From the NCBI GenBank assembly GCA_000004695.1, contig CM000151.3:4256001-4320000 (forward strand): DNA of 64,000 nt. Direction: 5' to 3'. Source of the DNA: Dictyostelium discoideum (Eukaryota). The number at the start of each line of letters is the position of its first letter. The stretch's first letter is position 1. The notes beneath the pieces were generated by a model that saw only the letters and a program-made list of their open reading frames with translations, did no database searches and was not told the origin of the DNA. This document shows positions 46,266-62,326 of the stretch, piece by piece. Both the position numbers and the translations under genes were made by a program.

Positions 46266-47530
46266 TTAATAATAATATTAAAATTGAAAATAAAAATAAT
46301 AATATTTTAGCAAATGGAGAAAAAAATAATAATGGTTTTAAAACTCTTGATATTGAAATTAATGAAATGTTAAATAGAGGTATAAATGGAATTCAGGATA
46401 TTAAAAGATTACAAGAACTTATTGAAATGAAAGGTGATGGTGGTGATCATTCAAATCATAATTTAGAATCTCCAACTCCCTCACAAATAGTAGATTTCAA
46501 AAATACTAATGAATATTATAAACAATCATTGAAAATAATTAGAGCCAGAATATGGAATGATTTTTATTCAAATTATTGGAGAGATAAAAACTTTATAAAA
46601 TTTTCAATTGATAATGGTTTGGCTCCATTTGAAGCACCAAAACTTTCTTTACCATTAAATACTTCAACACCACTTTTAACAACTCCATATATATTTATAC
46701 ATTTACCAAAAGTTGGTGGAACATCAATGCAATATCATTTTAAAAAACAATTTAATAAAGGTTCAATTCAACAATGGGGTTTTCCAAGTAAGTAATAAAT
46801 TTGATTAAAAAATAAAAAAAAAAAAAAAATAATAATTACTAATTAGTTTTAATTTAATTTATCTTTTATTCTTTTAATCTTTTATTCTTTTGTATAAAAC
46901 TAATAAGATTCAAAAGAGATTATAGATGTACAAAATGCCGAAAGTGTTATTTTGGGTCATTTTGGATATGGACTTCATTATGTTTTAAAAGAAGATTCTC
47001 AAAAAACTTATAATTATCTTACAATGTTAAGAGATCCAGTTGATAGAGTTATAAGTCATTACTTTTATCATAAATCAACTTCATTCGATGAAGAACATAT
47101 CCCTGCTCGTGATAATAACCTTGAACAGTGGTTAGAAATATCACCTCGAGGTACAAATGAAATGACTAGACATTTATCAGGTATTACTGTAATTGAAGAG
47201 TTTTTACCAACTAATGAAACATTTAATATGGCAATGTATCATTTACGTTCAATGAAATTCGTTGGAATTACAGAAAGATTTGAAGAAACATTAGCACTCC
47301 TTAAATTTTATATAGGTCTTGATGATCCTGTTGTTTCTGATAAAAAGAATGTAGCTCGTACCAAACCAAAGCCATCTGATGTTTCACCTGCAACTATTGA
47401 AAAAATTAAAGAAAAAAATTGGATGGATATTTTATTATATGAAGAAGCTTTAAAAATGTTTGAAAGACAAATCAATATCGTTGGTAGAGTTAATTTTGAA
47501 AATCAATTAAATAAAATATTAAAAAAATAA
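45386..47530 (+). CDS. Type II membrane sulfotransferase, HS6ST-like (copy 2 of 4). Exons 45386..46787, 46908..47530
   Basis: Same architecture as copy 1, with HLPKVGGTSM and RDPVDRVIS. The 5' third of exon 2 is 100% identical to copy 1 at the nucleotide level. The stem region carries different poly-N/S inserts. Confidence 0.8.
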
Positions 47531-47927
47531 TAAAATCAATTCTATATAATAATAAATAAAAATAAATAATAAATAATAAAAATGAATAAAATAAATAAAT
47601 AAAAACAGTTGTTCAAGTTGCCCAATCTTATTTATTACATGACTTGTACAATTACTTGTAAAAAAAAAAAAAAACCCAAAAATTATTAGAAAAAAAAAAA
47701 AAAAAAGATAAAAATATTTCGTGCACCATGTCTGATTTTTATCTAAAAAAAACACCAAAAAAAAAAAAAAAAAAGAAAAATAAAAAAAAAAAAAAAAAAA
47801 TATAAATCATAGTCTCTTATGATCAACAAAGCACCAAAGTACATATTTTTATTTATTTTTTTTAACTTTTTTATTTCTTAAAATTTATACTTTCAGCTTT
47901 TCAGTTTTTAATTAATTGTTAAACCCC

Positions 47928-47993
<66 letters not shown>

Positions 47994-48080
47994 GTTATTG
48001 ATTTAAATAATCAATTTCCTACTTGTAATATATTGAAATAAAACTTAACATTTTATAACAGTTTTATAAAAAATAATTTA

Positions 48081-50109
<2,029 letters not shown>

Positions 50110-50266
50110 TTAATTATTTAAAAAATTATTTAAAAACTTTTTAAAAAAAAAAAAAAAAAAATAATAATATTTCTTGTGTTCGGTTAATCATATGTCATTT
50201 TAATTTTTTATTTTTTTATTTTTATTTTAATCCAAAATTACTTTTATTTTTAGATTTTTTTTATTC

Positions 50267-50298
<32 letters not shown>

Positions 50299-50432
50299 CA
50301 GAATAATCGTTTGTTTGCGAACGAAATGTCAAAAAAAAAAATAATTTTAAAAGTAGAAATAATAACAAATTAAATTAATATCTTTTATTTGTTTTATTTT
50401 AAAATAAAAAAAAAAAAAAAAAAAAAAATAGA

Positions 50433-51943
50433 ATGATAAAAATAAAAGATTTAAGGTTTATAATTTTATCAATTATAATATTAAGTGGATTTACAACATT
50501 TTACTATATAAATTTATATGGTACTATTAATGGAATAAAAAGTGATTTATTAAAACCAAATAATAAATTGGAAATTGTTGAAAAAGAAATTAATAAAAAA
50601 GTTGTATTTGAAAATTGTAAAAATGAAACAGATGAATCAAATTTTTATAATTATTATCAATTTAATGATAAAGAATCAATGATTAATTATTTCCTTACCT
50701 ATCAAAATTATTATTATATTGAAGAGTATAAAGATAAACAATTTAGTAATAGTACAAAATATAATTTATCAAAATATAATTATCCAGTGTTAACTAAACT
50801 TTATAGTAATTTCACACCAACTATCAAAGAAATTGATAATGAAATTGATTTAATTAAAAAGAAATATGATAATGGTGAAATTGTGGAACCCAAAATAAAT
50901 TCAATAACTTCTTCAACTACTTATAGATCTATCAGAGCACCAAAAAAAAAAACAAATAAAAAAATTACCTTTGAAAATGATGAAACCTATCATAGTTTAG
51001 AATTAAAAAAATTTAGATCAAGAGTATGGTCAGATTTTTATTTAAATTATTGGAAAGATAAATATTTCTTATTATTCACCTTAGAAAATGGTTTATCATT
51101 TAGATCACCAAGACTTTGTTTACCATTGGATACTTCAAAACCACTTTTAACAACACCTTATTTATTTTTACATATTCCAAAATGTGGTGGTACAACAATG
51201 TATACTCACTTTTCAAAACATTTTAAAGTTGGTACATTACAACAATGGGCTCATCCAAGTATGTATTTAAATATATGAAAAAAAAAAAAAAAAAAAATTA
51301 ATTATTAACTCTTTTTTTTTTTTCAGACCCTGCGGAATATAAAAAAGTTCAAGATTCTAAAAATTTTATTATTGGTCATTTTGAAATGGGAATACATTTA
51401 ATTTTAAATGAAAAAGAACAAAAAACTTATAATTATATGACAATGTTAAGAGATCCAGTTGAAAGAGTTATAAGTAATTATTTCTATCATAAACATAGTC
51501 CAGGTGATCCACAACATATATTAGCTCGTGATAATGTAATTGAAAATTGGATAATTATATCACCACGTGGTAATAATGAAATTACTAGAGTTTTATCAGG
51601 TATAACCATTAAAGAAGAACCAGTACCATCCAATGATACCTTTAATATGGCATTATATCATTTACGTTCAATGAAATTCGTTGGTATTACAGAGAAATAT
51701 TCAGAGTCATTAGCATTATTAAAGTTTTACACTGGTTTAGAAAATCCAAATGTTGCTGATAAATTAAAAAATTCAAAATTTAGACCATATGGTATAACAC
51801 CTGCAATCATTGAAAAAATTAAAAAAAGAAATTGGATGGATATTTTATTATATGAAGAAGCTTTAAAAATGTTTGAAAGACAAATTAATATTGTTGGTAG
51901 AGATAATTTTGAAAAACAATTAACAAAAAATTATAGACAATAG
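50433..51943 (+). CDS. Type II membrane sulfotransferase, HS6ST-like (copy 4 of 4, shortest stem). Exons 50433..51258, 51327..51943
   Basis: Signal-anchor FIILSIIILSGFTTFYYINL. Motifs TPYLFLHIPKCGGTTM and LRDPVERVISNYFYH. GTATGT donor and TTTTCAG acceptor in phase 1. C-terminal NWMDILLYEEALKMFERQ is identical to the other copies. Confidence 0.8.
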
Positions 51944-51987
51944 TCCAAAAATTCTAACCAATAATAATAATAATAATAATAATAATT

Positions 51988-52021
<34 letters not shown>

Positions 52022-52166
52022 GAATTGAAAAAAAATAAAAAATAAAAAAATAAAATCAAATTGATTTTATTTTTTTACTTTATTATATATATATATGCAA
52101 CTTTTTTTTCTATTTAATTTTATTCTATTTATTATCTAATTTATTTTCACCTTCTTTCTTTTCTTT

Positions 52167-53355
52167 TTATTCTTTTTCATCGATTTCAGTTTCAACTTTT
52201 TTAATGGAGTCTTCACAAAAAGAGTCTGGTAAATTACCAAGCTGTGACATTCTTGCTAGTAATCCACTATCCAACATATCTGCTTCACCTTCTTTTTGTT
52301 GAGCAATCATTGAAAATATTTCAGATTGATTTTTAAATCTTTCAGTTTCTTCTGGTGGATAATGATCTATATTTTTTTCAATCCAGTCTGGATACTATTT
52401 TTTTGAAAAAAAAAAAAAAAAAAAAAAAAATACGTGATATTATTAGTATTATATATAATATCTATACAAAATAAATAAATAGGTGATTAATATAATTACA
52501 TTTTCAGCCATAAATTGAATAGATTCTTCGAATAAATCATTAATTTGACCAGTTTCCTCACCATCGAGATTAAAGTTTTGACCTTCCATTAATTTAGAAA
52601 GGTTACTAAATAAATCATCAATACCACCATTATTATCAGTTTTATTTGATGCATTATCTGCTAAATTCTTTAATGTATCACTAATACTACTTTCAAAATT
52701 ATCTATATGTACACCGCTGTTATTATTATTTTTATTATTATTATTACTGTTGTTGTTGAGTTCATCATTATTGAAATTAAGACCACCCGCTTTTGTTAAT
52801 TCCTCTAAGAAAGGTTTAAAATTATCCATATCACCTAAATCTGAATCCTCCGAAACTCCAAACATTGTTGCTAACTTTTCAGCTAATTCATCAATCTTTT
52901 TTTTATCTTCTTCACTTGGTAAACCACCATTATTACTATCATCACTATTATTATTGATATCTTTATTATATTCTTTATCAAAACCTGCATCTAAATTCTT
53001 TAATGTTTCTTCACCTAAAAGTTTTTTAAAAATATCCATCATATCATTTACATTTGTATTTAAAAGATCATCATTTCCCAATGATGGTGGCGGTGGTTTA
53101 TTATATGTTGGTTTAATTGTTGATGGTGTTACTGTATTATTATTATTATTTATTGTTTTTGTTGTATTGGATGTTGTAGTTGTTGTAGTTGTTGTGGTAG
53201 TTTTTGTGGTTGTTGGTTGTTCTTTTTCTTGAGTTTCAAGCTCATCAAGAGCACCTATTTTTAAAATATGAAAATATGTTAGGAAATTTTTTTTTTTTTT
53301 TCTCTTCTCCATTTTGAAAAGGAAACATACTGTTTAATAAATCATCAAGATTCAT
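52167..53355 (-). CDS. pex19: Peroxin Pex19 (peroxisomal membrane protein import receptor/chaperone), apparently lacking a CaaX box. Exons 53355..53331, 53254..52500, 52394..52167
   Basis: MNLDDLLNSALDELETQ parallels human PEX19 ELLESALDDFDKA. The C-terminal domain YPDWIEKNIDHYPPEETERFKNQ...MSQLGNLP parallels YPEWLQSHRESLPPEQFEKYQEQ...QQLQDLGHPP. GTATGT and GTAATT donors with AG acceptors. The protein ends ...EIDEKE*. Confidence 0.8.
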
Positions 53356-53795
53356 TTCTTTAGTTATTTGTTTCTGGCTTGAAACCAACAAAAAAATAAA
53401 AATTAAAAAAAAATAAAAATAAAAAAAAAAATTGAAAAAAAAAAAAAAAAAAAAAAAAAAATTAAATGAAAAAACAGTGGGACTCCCATATTTAAGTGAT
53501 TTTATTATTTTTTTTATTTATTTTTTTATTTTTTTATTTTTTATAAAACACTAGTGAAAAAACCAATTTTAAGAAAATAACAGAGAATGGTAAATTTGGT
53601 TATCTAGAAATTTCCAAATATTAGATAATGCATTAAAAAAATGAAAAGAAAACTTTAAATAGTGTTTTTTTTTTTTTTTATATTTTCAAAAAACACATCT
53701 TTTTACAGTAAATCTATATTGTGTTATTGTAAACATTGTTCGTTTTATATTTTAATTTATTATTATTATTATTATTATTATTGATTATTATTTAA

Positions 53796-53986
53796 TTATA
53801 ATTTTGGAAATGATGCTATTTCATCTAAATAATTGAAATCTTCATCGATCTCATTTACTTTAATTTCAAGAATTTGAGAATTTTCTTTAACTATTTCATT
53901 TACAATTAATTGATATTTATTTTTATCTATTTTTAAACTATTTCTAAATTTAGAATGTAAATTTCTAATTGTCTTATTTCTTAATA

Positions 53987-54048
<62 letters not shown>

Positions 54049-55466
54049 GTGTTGTTGCTATTAATCGAAATTGGGTATGATATATTATTATTATTTTTTA
54101 AATAAATGAATTCTAATAACTGAGTAGTATGAAAAAAGTCAAAAAATAAAGTTTCAATTGATGTATTATTTAAAATCATTGAGCCAATGATTTCAATGAA
54201 TTGAGTTGGAAATTCAGTTTCTTGAAATCGGCCTATTAAATCATTTGGATCATAAGAACATCCATTTGAAATTGAAAATATTTTTAATTTTTTATGATTT
54301 TTGATTTCATTATAAATAAAATTCCATTGTTCAATTGAATCATTATTAGTATATTTATTTTTACAAAATCTACAAGGTAAATATTGTTGTTGTTGTTGTT
54401 GTTGTTGTTGTCCTTCTTCTTTTGTTTTATTATTATTATTATAATTTAAAATTAAATAAATTAAATTATCAAAACAAATATCAATAAATAAACAACTAAT
54501 ATTTGGAGATGATTTTAATAAATAATATAACTGTTCAATTGAAATTGGTATATTTGAATTTGAGTAACCTTTTATTGAATTGAAAACCAATGGATTAATT
54601 AAATAAATCTCTTTGAATGGTATAAAATATGTTGATAAATTTTGAGTTTGATAATCCTGTTGATTGAAATAATTTTTTATTGAGTAAATGTGACATTCAA
54701 AATAATCGATTTTTATCTTTGATAATAGTTCTAAATACGTGTACGGATTTTGTGAGATTGTTTTCAATTTATCAAGAGATACACTTATAACATGATCAAC
54801 TTGTTCAGAACCATATGGTTTAATTCTTGATTTTATAAAATTTGAATAAAAATTATTATCATTTTTATTCTTTTCATATTGATTATCATCATCATAATCA
54901 TCATTATCATCAGGATTATTTTCATTTGATAAAATTGGTGGTTTTATTTGAATGATTTCTTTAAATTTCATTCTTTGAGATAATTGAAATAAATCAGAAT
55001 ATGAAATATTCGAAATGGTTATTTTAATAATGTTTTCATTTGGTAATTTTAATGTTTTTACAAATTCTGATTCATAAATTACATCAATAAGTATTCTTTT
55101 TAGTGATTTTAATTCTCTTATTAGCAAATTCAATTTTTCATTATATTCTTTTAATTGTTGTGAATGTTTGAACTTTTTTTGATTAATAATTAAATATTTA
55201 ATATTACTTTTTTTTATTATACAATATTTATTATTATTACTATTATTGGGTATAATATTTGAAAATCTATAATCTAATATATCAATTCTACTAGATATTG
55301 TAGTGAACCAATACCAACACACTCTTGTTAAAGTTTTAAAAATAAACTTTTCTTTATTTGATTTCTCTTGATTTTCAATTAACTCCTTTTTTTTTTTATA
55401 ATAATCATAAATAATTTTAGAAATTATATTTTTTTGAATATAATTTGGGAATATTATATTTTTCAT
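53796..55466 (-). CDS. Hypothetical protein with an F-box-like N-terminus and Asn-rich tracts (Dictyostelium-specific)
   Basis: Single ORF from ATG. IISKIIYDYY...LTRVCWYWFTTIS resembles an F-box. No other domain recognised. Confidence 0.45.
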
Positions 55467-55710
55467 TTTATATTAAAAAAAAAAAAAAAAAAAAAAACAA
55501 AATCAATTTTGATTTTTTGATTAATTTGCGAATTTTTTTTTTTTTTTTTTGAAAATTTAAAACTTAATTCAAATAATACACCTGTTCTAACAAATAATAT
55601 AGTTATTATTTTGAAAAATTAGATTAATTAAATAATTAAATTTTAAAATATATAAATCTTGTATTTTTTTTTTTTTATTATTTTTTTTTTTATTTTTATA
55701 TTTATATATA

Positions 55711-55742
<32 letters not shown>

Positions 55743-55747
<5 letters not shown>

Positions 55748-58700
55748 TTAAATCAGTTTGACAAAGTGGACAATTACTTTTATGACTAGTTTGGAACCAT
55801 TTATAAATACAACCAGCATGAAATTTATTCTTACAAGTTTTACATTGGAATTTTGGAATTGTACCATTGTGAAACATTGAATAACAGATTGGACAAACTT
55901 CAACACCTTGGAAATGTTTATCTAAAGAATTTTTCCAAAGTAAACAAGCATCTAAAACAGTACCATCTTGAGTTAGCAATAAAGATGTCATTGATAATAA
56001 CCATTGTCTCCATTGTGATTCTGAAACACCAACTCTCTTTGAAAATTCTACAGTTAACACACGCAATGGATAATTATCAGAGATGAAGAGTACTAATGAA
56101 ATGGTCATTTCATCTTTTTCATAAGAGGCAGTAACCTCTTTACTTGAGGTTGAACCTTTAATTTGGAATTTAGCATCACTACTATCGCTATCAGTACAAC
56201 GATAAGAATTTACTCTTTGAATTTCATTTTGAATGATAATTGGACTAATGAAACGAGTGATATAACTTTGAATTTGTTGATTCATTTTAGAATTGGTTGA
56301 ATTATCATCAGCCCATCTACGTACCATACTTGGTAAATAATTAACCAATGAATAAAAACAATTTGAACATAATTTTTGAATCATTCTATAAGTAATTAAT
56401 TGATCATTATCAATAATTGAAAATGGAAATTCAATTGAATAATTATTACCATTATTATCGGTTGTTGTTGTTGTTGTTGTTAATGGTGATTCATCTTTAT
56501 TAATAAATGGGAATATTTGATTTAAGAACAATGTAACTTTTTGAATATTATTATCATTTAACCAACCATTTAAAATTGAACGTCTATTTAAATCAATCTT
56601 TGAATAATTTAATAATAATAAATTCCAACACATTAATTGACCCATTGAAATACTATTAATTAATTGATTATCTTTTGATTTCTTCATTGGTTTAAATGTT
56701 GAATCGAAATCTAATAAAATCTTTTCAAATATATTACTAAATAAAATAAAACTAACTTTTTCTTCACCATCATCGTTGTTGTTGTTGTTGTTGTTGTTTT
56801 CATTTTCTAATAAGAATGATTTCACTAATTGAGTATTTTCATTACCAAAATAAGATTCCAATAAATTGTAAGAAGTTTTCTTTATACCTTTATTATTATA
56901 AATACTTGTACTATAATTAAATGTTGATAATAATTCAATTAAATTATCTAATTTAGTTAATGATATCTTATATTTTATATCATTCGACATTTTCATAAAT
57001 GTATTTGAATATAATTCTAAAATATAACTTGAATCACTTGTATTACCATTATTATTATTACTTCTACTATTACTAACTCTATTTAACCAATTATTTAAAA
57101 TTAAAATTGAATGATCAATTTGAAATTGATCACCAATACCTGGTATTATAAATTTAATATTATCATTTGAAATTATAATATTATAAATTTTCAATGATTG
57201 ATATTCAATTAAATTACGATATTGTTGATAATAATAATTTGATTTAAATTTATTGAATGATAGTAATGTGAAATTATTTGATAACCAAATTGATAAAAAT
57301 GATTGAACAAATTGTGATTGGTTATTTGATAAATAAATTGGTTGTTTTGATTTATTCGAATTTATATTGGAAATGTATTGAATAACAATTAAAATGAAAT
57401 TCAAACAAGAGAGTTCAACCTCTTTCATAAATAAAAATTCAAGTTCAGGTTCTTGTTGTTTAATAATTGCACTTTTAATCTTTGAATTCCATTGTTGAAT
57501 AGTTTGAATTAAATTTAATAATGTTAACCATTCTTTTTCCTTTAATATTTCATTATCATCTTGTGTAATTTGTTGTTGTTCTTTTTGTGATTGTTGATGT
57601 TGTTGCTGTTGTCTTTGAATAACTATTGATGATAAAATTGATAATTGAATTGAAATGGATTTAAAATTTGTTGGAATTGAACTTGATAATTGACTTAATT
57701 GATTAATTGACCATTGTTTATAAGATTCAATTGATTCTTTTTGTAAAATTGGTAATAAAATTTGAACTAAATTCAATTGTCTAATTGAATCAATTGAATT
57801 ACCATTATCATCATTATCAATCTTTATTGAATTTAATAATGCTGATTTCAATTTCATTGATGATGTTGGTAAACAAGCATCACTTGTAATATAATCAATG
57901 AATAATGCCAATAGAACGGAATAAATACCACCATTATTACCATCACCACCAACATTTGATACTAAACAATTGAACCAATTACAATTGAAAATTTCGTCAC
58001 CATAAAATTTAAACAATGATTCAATAAATTGATTTAATAAATTTGTTGAATTATTTTCAATAAATTCTAAAATTTGTTCATTTGTTGACACTACTACTGC
58101 TGTTGTTATTGTAGTGGTGGTGGTGGTGGTTGTGGTTGGAGTTGGTGGTAATTGATTATCTCCATTAACGAATAATAAATTTAATAATAATAATTCAATG
58201 CTGTTATTATTTTCTTTATTAGAATATTTAATGAATTTTTCTAAACCAAACGATTCAATAACTTTAAAGTTAAAAATTAAAACCTTTAATAATTTATCAG
58301 TTGAGAAAGTGGTGCTATCGTTATTGTCTTTGTTGGAACCATAATTATCTAATAAATAAAATGGTGTAATTCTATTGTATCTAAACCAAGATATTTTAAT
58401 TTGATCTTTTGAATTGATTACTAATTGATTTGAAGTAAACTCTTTTATGAAATAAGAATACAATTGATCGTCGTCATCATCATCATCACCATTTTCATCA
58501 TGACGGTAGCTACCACTTTTAATTAATTTAATAGCACAATTTGATAAAAAATTTAAATTTAAATTATCATTTGTAATGATAGTACTACTATTTCTATCAA
58601 TGGATTCAATTAATAATGATAAAATGAATTTATCATTTTCAATGTTTGAAGTTGTTGAGAATAGATATTCATCAATTGAATTACATTTTGATTTAAAACC

Positions 58701-60863
58701 AGATAAACTTGGACGATTATTAATTTCAATATTAAATTTACACCATTCAATTAATAATGATTCTAATGATTTTGATTTAAATCTTGATGAAAATAATAAT
58801 TTTGATAATTCAACTAAATAATCAATTGAAACATCATTATCATCACTATCATCATCATTATTATTATCGCCGCCTTTATCATTATCATTAAATACTAAAT
58901 TTAATTGTACCATTGTATTTATAATATCAACCAATTTATTATAAACCCATTTAATTAATAATTCAACTGATTCATTTGGAATTATTGGTGAGAATTCATT
59001 ATTATTATTATTATTATTATTAAATAAAATTGATTTAATTAATTGTAATTGTTTTTTATCTTGAATTTTAATTGATTTAAATAATGTAGTTGATAATAAT
59101 AAATTTCTATTGATTTTATTACTTGCACTATTAATTAAATGAACTAAACTATTTGTTGTATTTGTAATTAAATTTGATCTATTATTTTTCTTTTTACTAT
59201 TATTATTATTATTATTAATTGAATCTAAAAATATTTGTAAAATTTGAGACCAAATTAATTTGATTTCATCTTCATCAGGAACTAAAGCTAACAATCCAAC
59301 TATAACTGAAACTAAATCTCCACCAACTCCTAAATTTAAACCACCTGTTGATAAAAGTGATTCATTTAATGCCAAAGCTAATTGAGTTATTATTTTTTTA
59401 ATATCATCTAAACCATTTGAAATGATTTGATCAATTTTATAATTTCCTAAAATAAAATCTAAAATTTTAATTGATAACTCTTGATTACTATTTAAATTAT
59501 CACATGCTAAATTAAATAGTCTTTTTATAATTACTTGAATAACATTATTATTATTACTATTATTACTATTGTTATTATTTGAACAAACAATTATAAATGT
59601 ATTTAATCTTGAAATTAAAGTTTCTTTTGAAATTGGTTGAATTATTTTCTCTTGTTTTTTAATTATTGGACTACTGTTATTATTATTATTATTATTATTA
59701 TCAGTAGTGATTGGTTCATTATTATTTAAAAGATTTTCTTTATTATTAAAATTTATAAAACTATTTGAATTAAATAAATTTTGAATTTTTAAAAGATTTG
59801 AATTTGATAAATTTGCAAGTTTAATTGTAGATTCTAATAATTTTTCAATGAATAATTTTTCAGAGAAACAAGAATGTTCCAAATTGAAATGATTATTATA
59901 AAAGTTAAATAATAATGTATCGATTAAGTAATCATTGATTTGTTGATATTGTTGACCCCATTTCTTACTCGAATAAATTAAACATTCCAAATAACATGAT
60001 AATAATAAATTGGAAGGTCTATCAACACTATTAGGATTACCATATTGTCTTGGATTATCAACAACTTCTAAACCCTTTTCTAAATTTGTGAATAACTCTT
60101 TAAAGAAACCGATATCAATATTTGTATTTGGTGATGGTGATGGTGATGGTGATGGCGATCCAATTACAATTGAATTTGGAATAAAAGTTAATAATGGCAA
60201 AATTGAAGGATAGGATAATTCAAAAGAACCATAACAACCAGATCTGAGGAATGCCCATAATCTTGGTAATACATGTTTACGAACATCAACATTACTCCAT
60301 GCTTTGTCACCATATTGCTGTAAGAATGATATTATGGCATCCCACATATAAAGATGAGTTGATGAATCTTTCTCTGAAAATAATCCTAAAACTTTACTAC
60401 TAAAATCTTTGAAATTCTTTTCGACATATCCTGCTAACTTTTTAATAACAGTTGTCAATACTCTATATGCTGTCTTTCTAATATTTGAACTCTTTGATTG
60501 AAAAAATGAAAAAAATTGTGATTCAAATATTTTTTCATAAATTTCTGTATTACCTGTATTATTTGTAGTTGTCGTTGTTGTAGTTGTTGATGATGATGAT
60601 GATGAATCAGTTGCTGTTGCTGTTGTATTATTAATTAAATACTCAATTGCTAATAATGAGTTTGAAATACATCTTTCATATCTCTCTTGTAAGATTTCTT
60701 GGCTAATTGATTTACTATCACCAATAGTTTGTGGTGTCTCTTGTAAATTCTCACATAAATAAGTTAATGCTTCATCATGTCCAAATTTAAAAACATCTTT
60801 TCTTTTCTTTTCTGGGAATATATTCTATATATATAAATATTAAAAATAAGTATGTATACAATA

Positions 60864-60906
<43 letters not shown>

Positions 60907-61597
60907 ATACTTGAAATGATAATAAAGCATTATTTATTGATTGATCATTTTGATCACAAATTGCAACAATCCAAGGACCTAATAATTGTTTAACATGTGG
61001 TCCTAAATGTTTACCAATACGTGAACCAATTGAACCTAAACATTGACTTGCTAAATCTCTAACATTTCTATCATCATCATTAACCAATCTCTTATACATA
61101 AACTCCCATGCATTCATTAATGGTGATATTGATGAAATGTTAAATTCTGCATCTTCAATATTTATCTTTTGAAATTTAGAATTTAATTCTTCTAAACCTT
61201 TAATTCTACTAATACTATCTTTTTTTTGTAATTTCTTTAATAATACCTTATATTCTGGTTCAACTTGCTATATTAATAGTGAATTATTTATTTTTATTAT
61301 TATTTTATTATTAATTATTAATTATTGTATATAATTTTAAAGATAGTTAATATTTTAAATAAAAAAATAAAAAAAAATAAAAAAAAATAAAAAAATTAGA
61401 TTAAAATAAAAGAAAATAAAAAAAAAATTAAAAAATCTTACATAATAGTCAGGATCAGTTGCATTTGTAAGATTTGAACTAAATGCTGAAAAACCAATAA
61501 ACCCACTAGATTGAGATCCCATTAAAGTATTGGCCTCACCACTACTTGATGGGTTATATTTTGCACCTCTAAATCCTTTATCTCTATCTTTTCCCAT
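55743..61597 (-). CDS. ltn1: Listerin / Ltn1 (RNF160) E3 ubiquitin ligase of the ribosome quality control complex. Exons 61597..61442, 61267..60911, 60824..55743
   Basis: N-terminus [39 protein letters not shown] parallels human [25 protein letters not shown]...PGFIGFG. Exon 2 [27 protein letters not shown] parallels [27 protein letters not shown]. The C-terminal RING is [45 protein letters not shown], the Listerin RING signature. Long HEAT-like body of about 1860 aa. Confidence 0.9.
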
Positions 61598-61686
61598 TTT
61601 TATAACTTTTTTTTTTAGTTTTTTTAAAAAAATAAAAATAAAAAATAAATAAAAAGTGAAAATGAAAATGAAAAGAAAAAAAAAAG

Positions 61687-61720
<34 letters not shown>

Positions 61721-61901
61721 AAATTGGGAAGTGGCTAAGAATATTTTTTAAACACTTTTTGCCATAATTTTGATATTTTCCCAATTAAATATCCATTTTA
61801 AATAAAAAAAATAAATAAATAAAATAATAAAAATAAAAAAAAAATAAAAAAAATTTAGAGGTCTAATATAAAAAAATAAAAAAAATGCGATTTTTTAGGA
61901 G

Positions 61902-61914
61902 GGGGGGGGGTATT
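61902..61914. repeat. G13 homopolymer in the short intergenic gap between two minus-strand genes
   Basis: aggagggggggggggtat. Highly atypical in a genome with about 22% GC overall. Confidence 0.8.
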
Positions 61915-61923
61915 TATACAATT

Positions 61924-62258
61924 TTATTTTGGTGGAAGAGTACCCAAACCATCGACACCAACATTAATATTGACGCCATTATTAATATTACTATTATTAT
62001 TTATATTATTATTTATATTATTATTTATATTATTATTTATATTATTATAAAAATTATTATTAAAAGACCAATCTGTTGTTGGGTCAAAACTCCAAATATT
62101 ATTTGTTTTTGGTGGTGGATCGCCAATCATCGTTTCCAAAAAGTCTGTAAATGGGCCATTTGTGTTCATTAAACCATTATTACTTTCAGTCATTGAACTA
62201 CTTCCAATATTATTATTATTATTGTTTTTAATATTATTATTATTAATATTATTATTAA

Positions 62259-62326
<68 letters not shown>

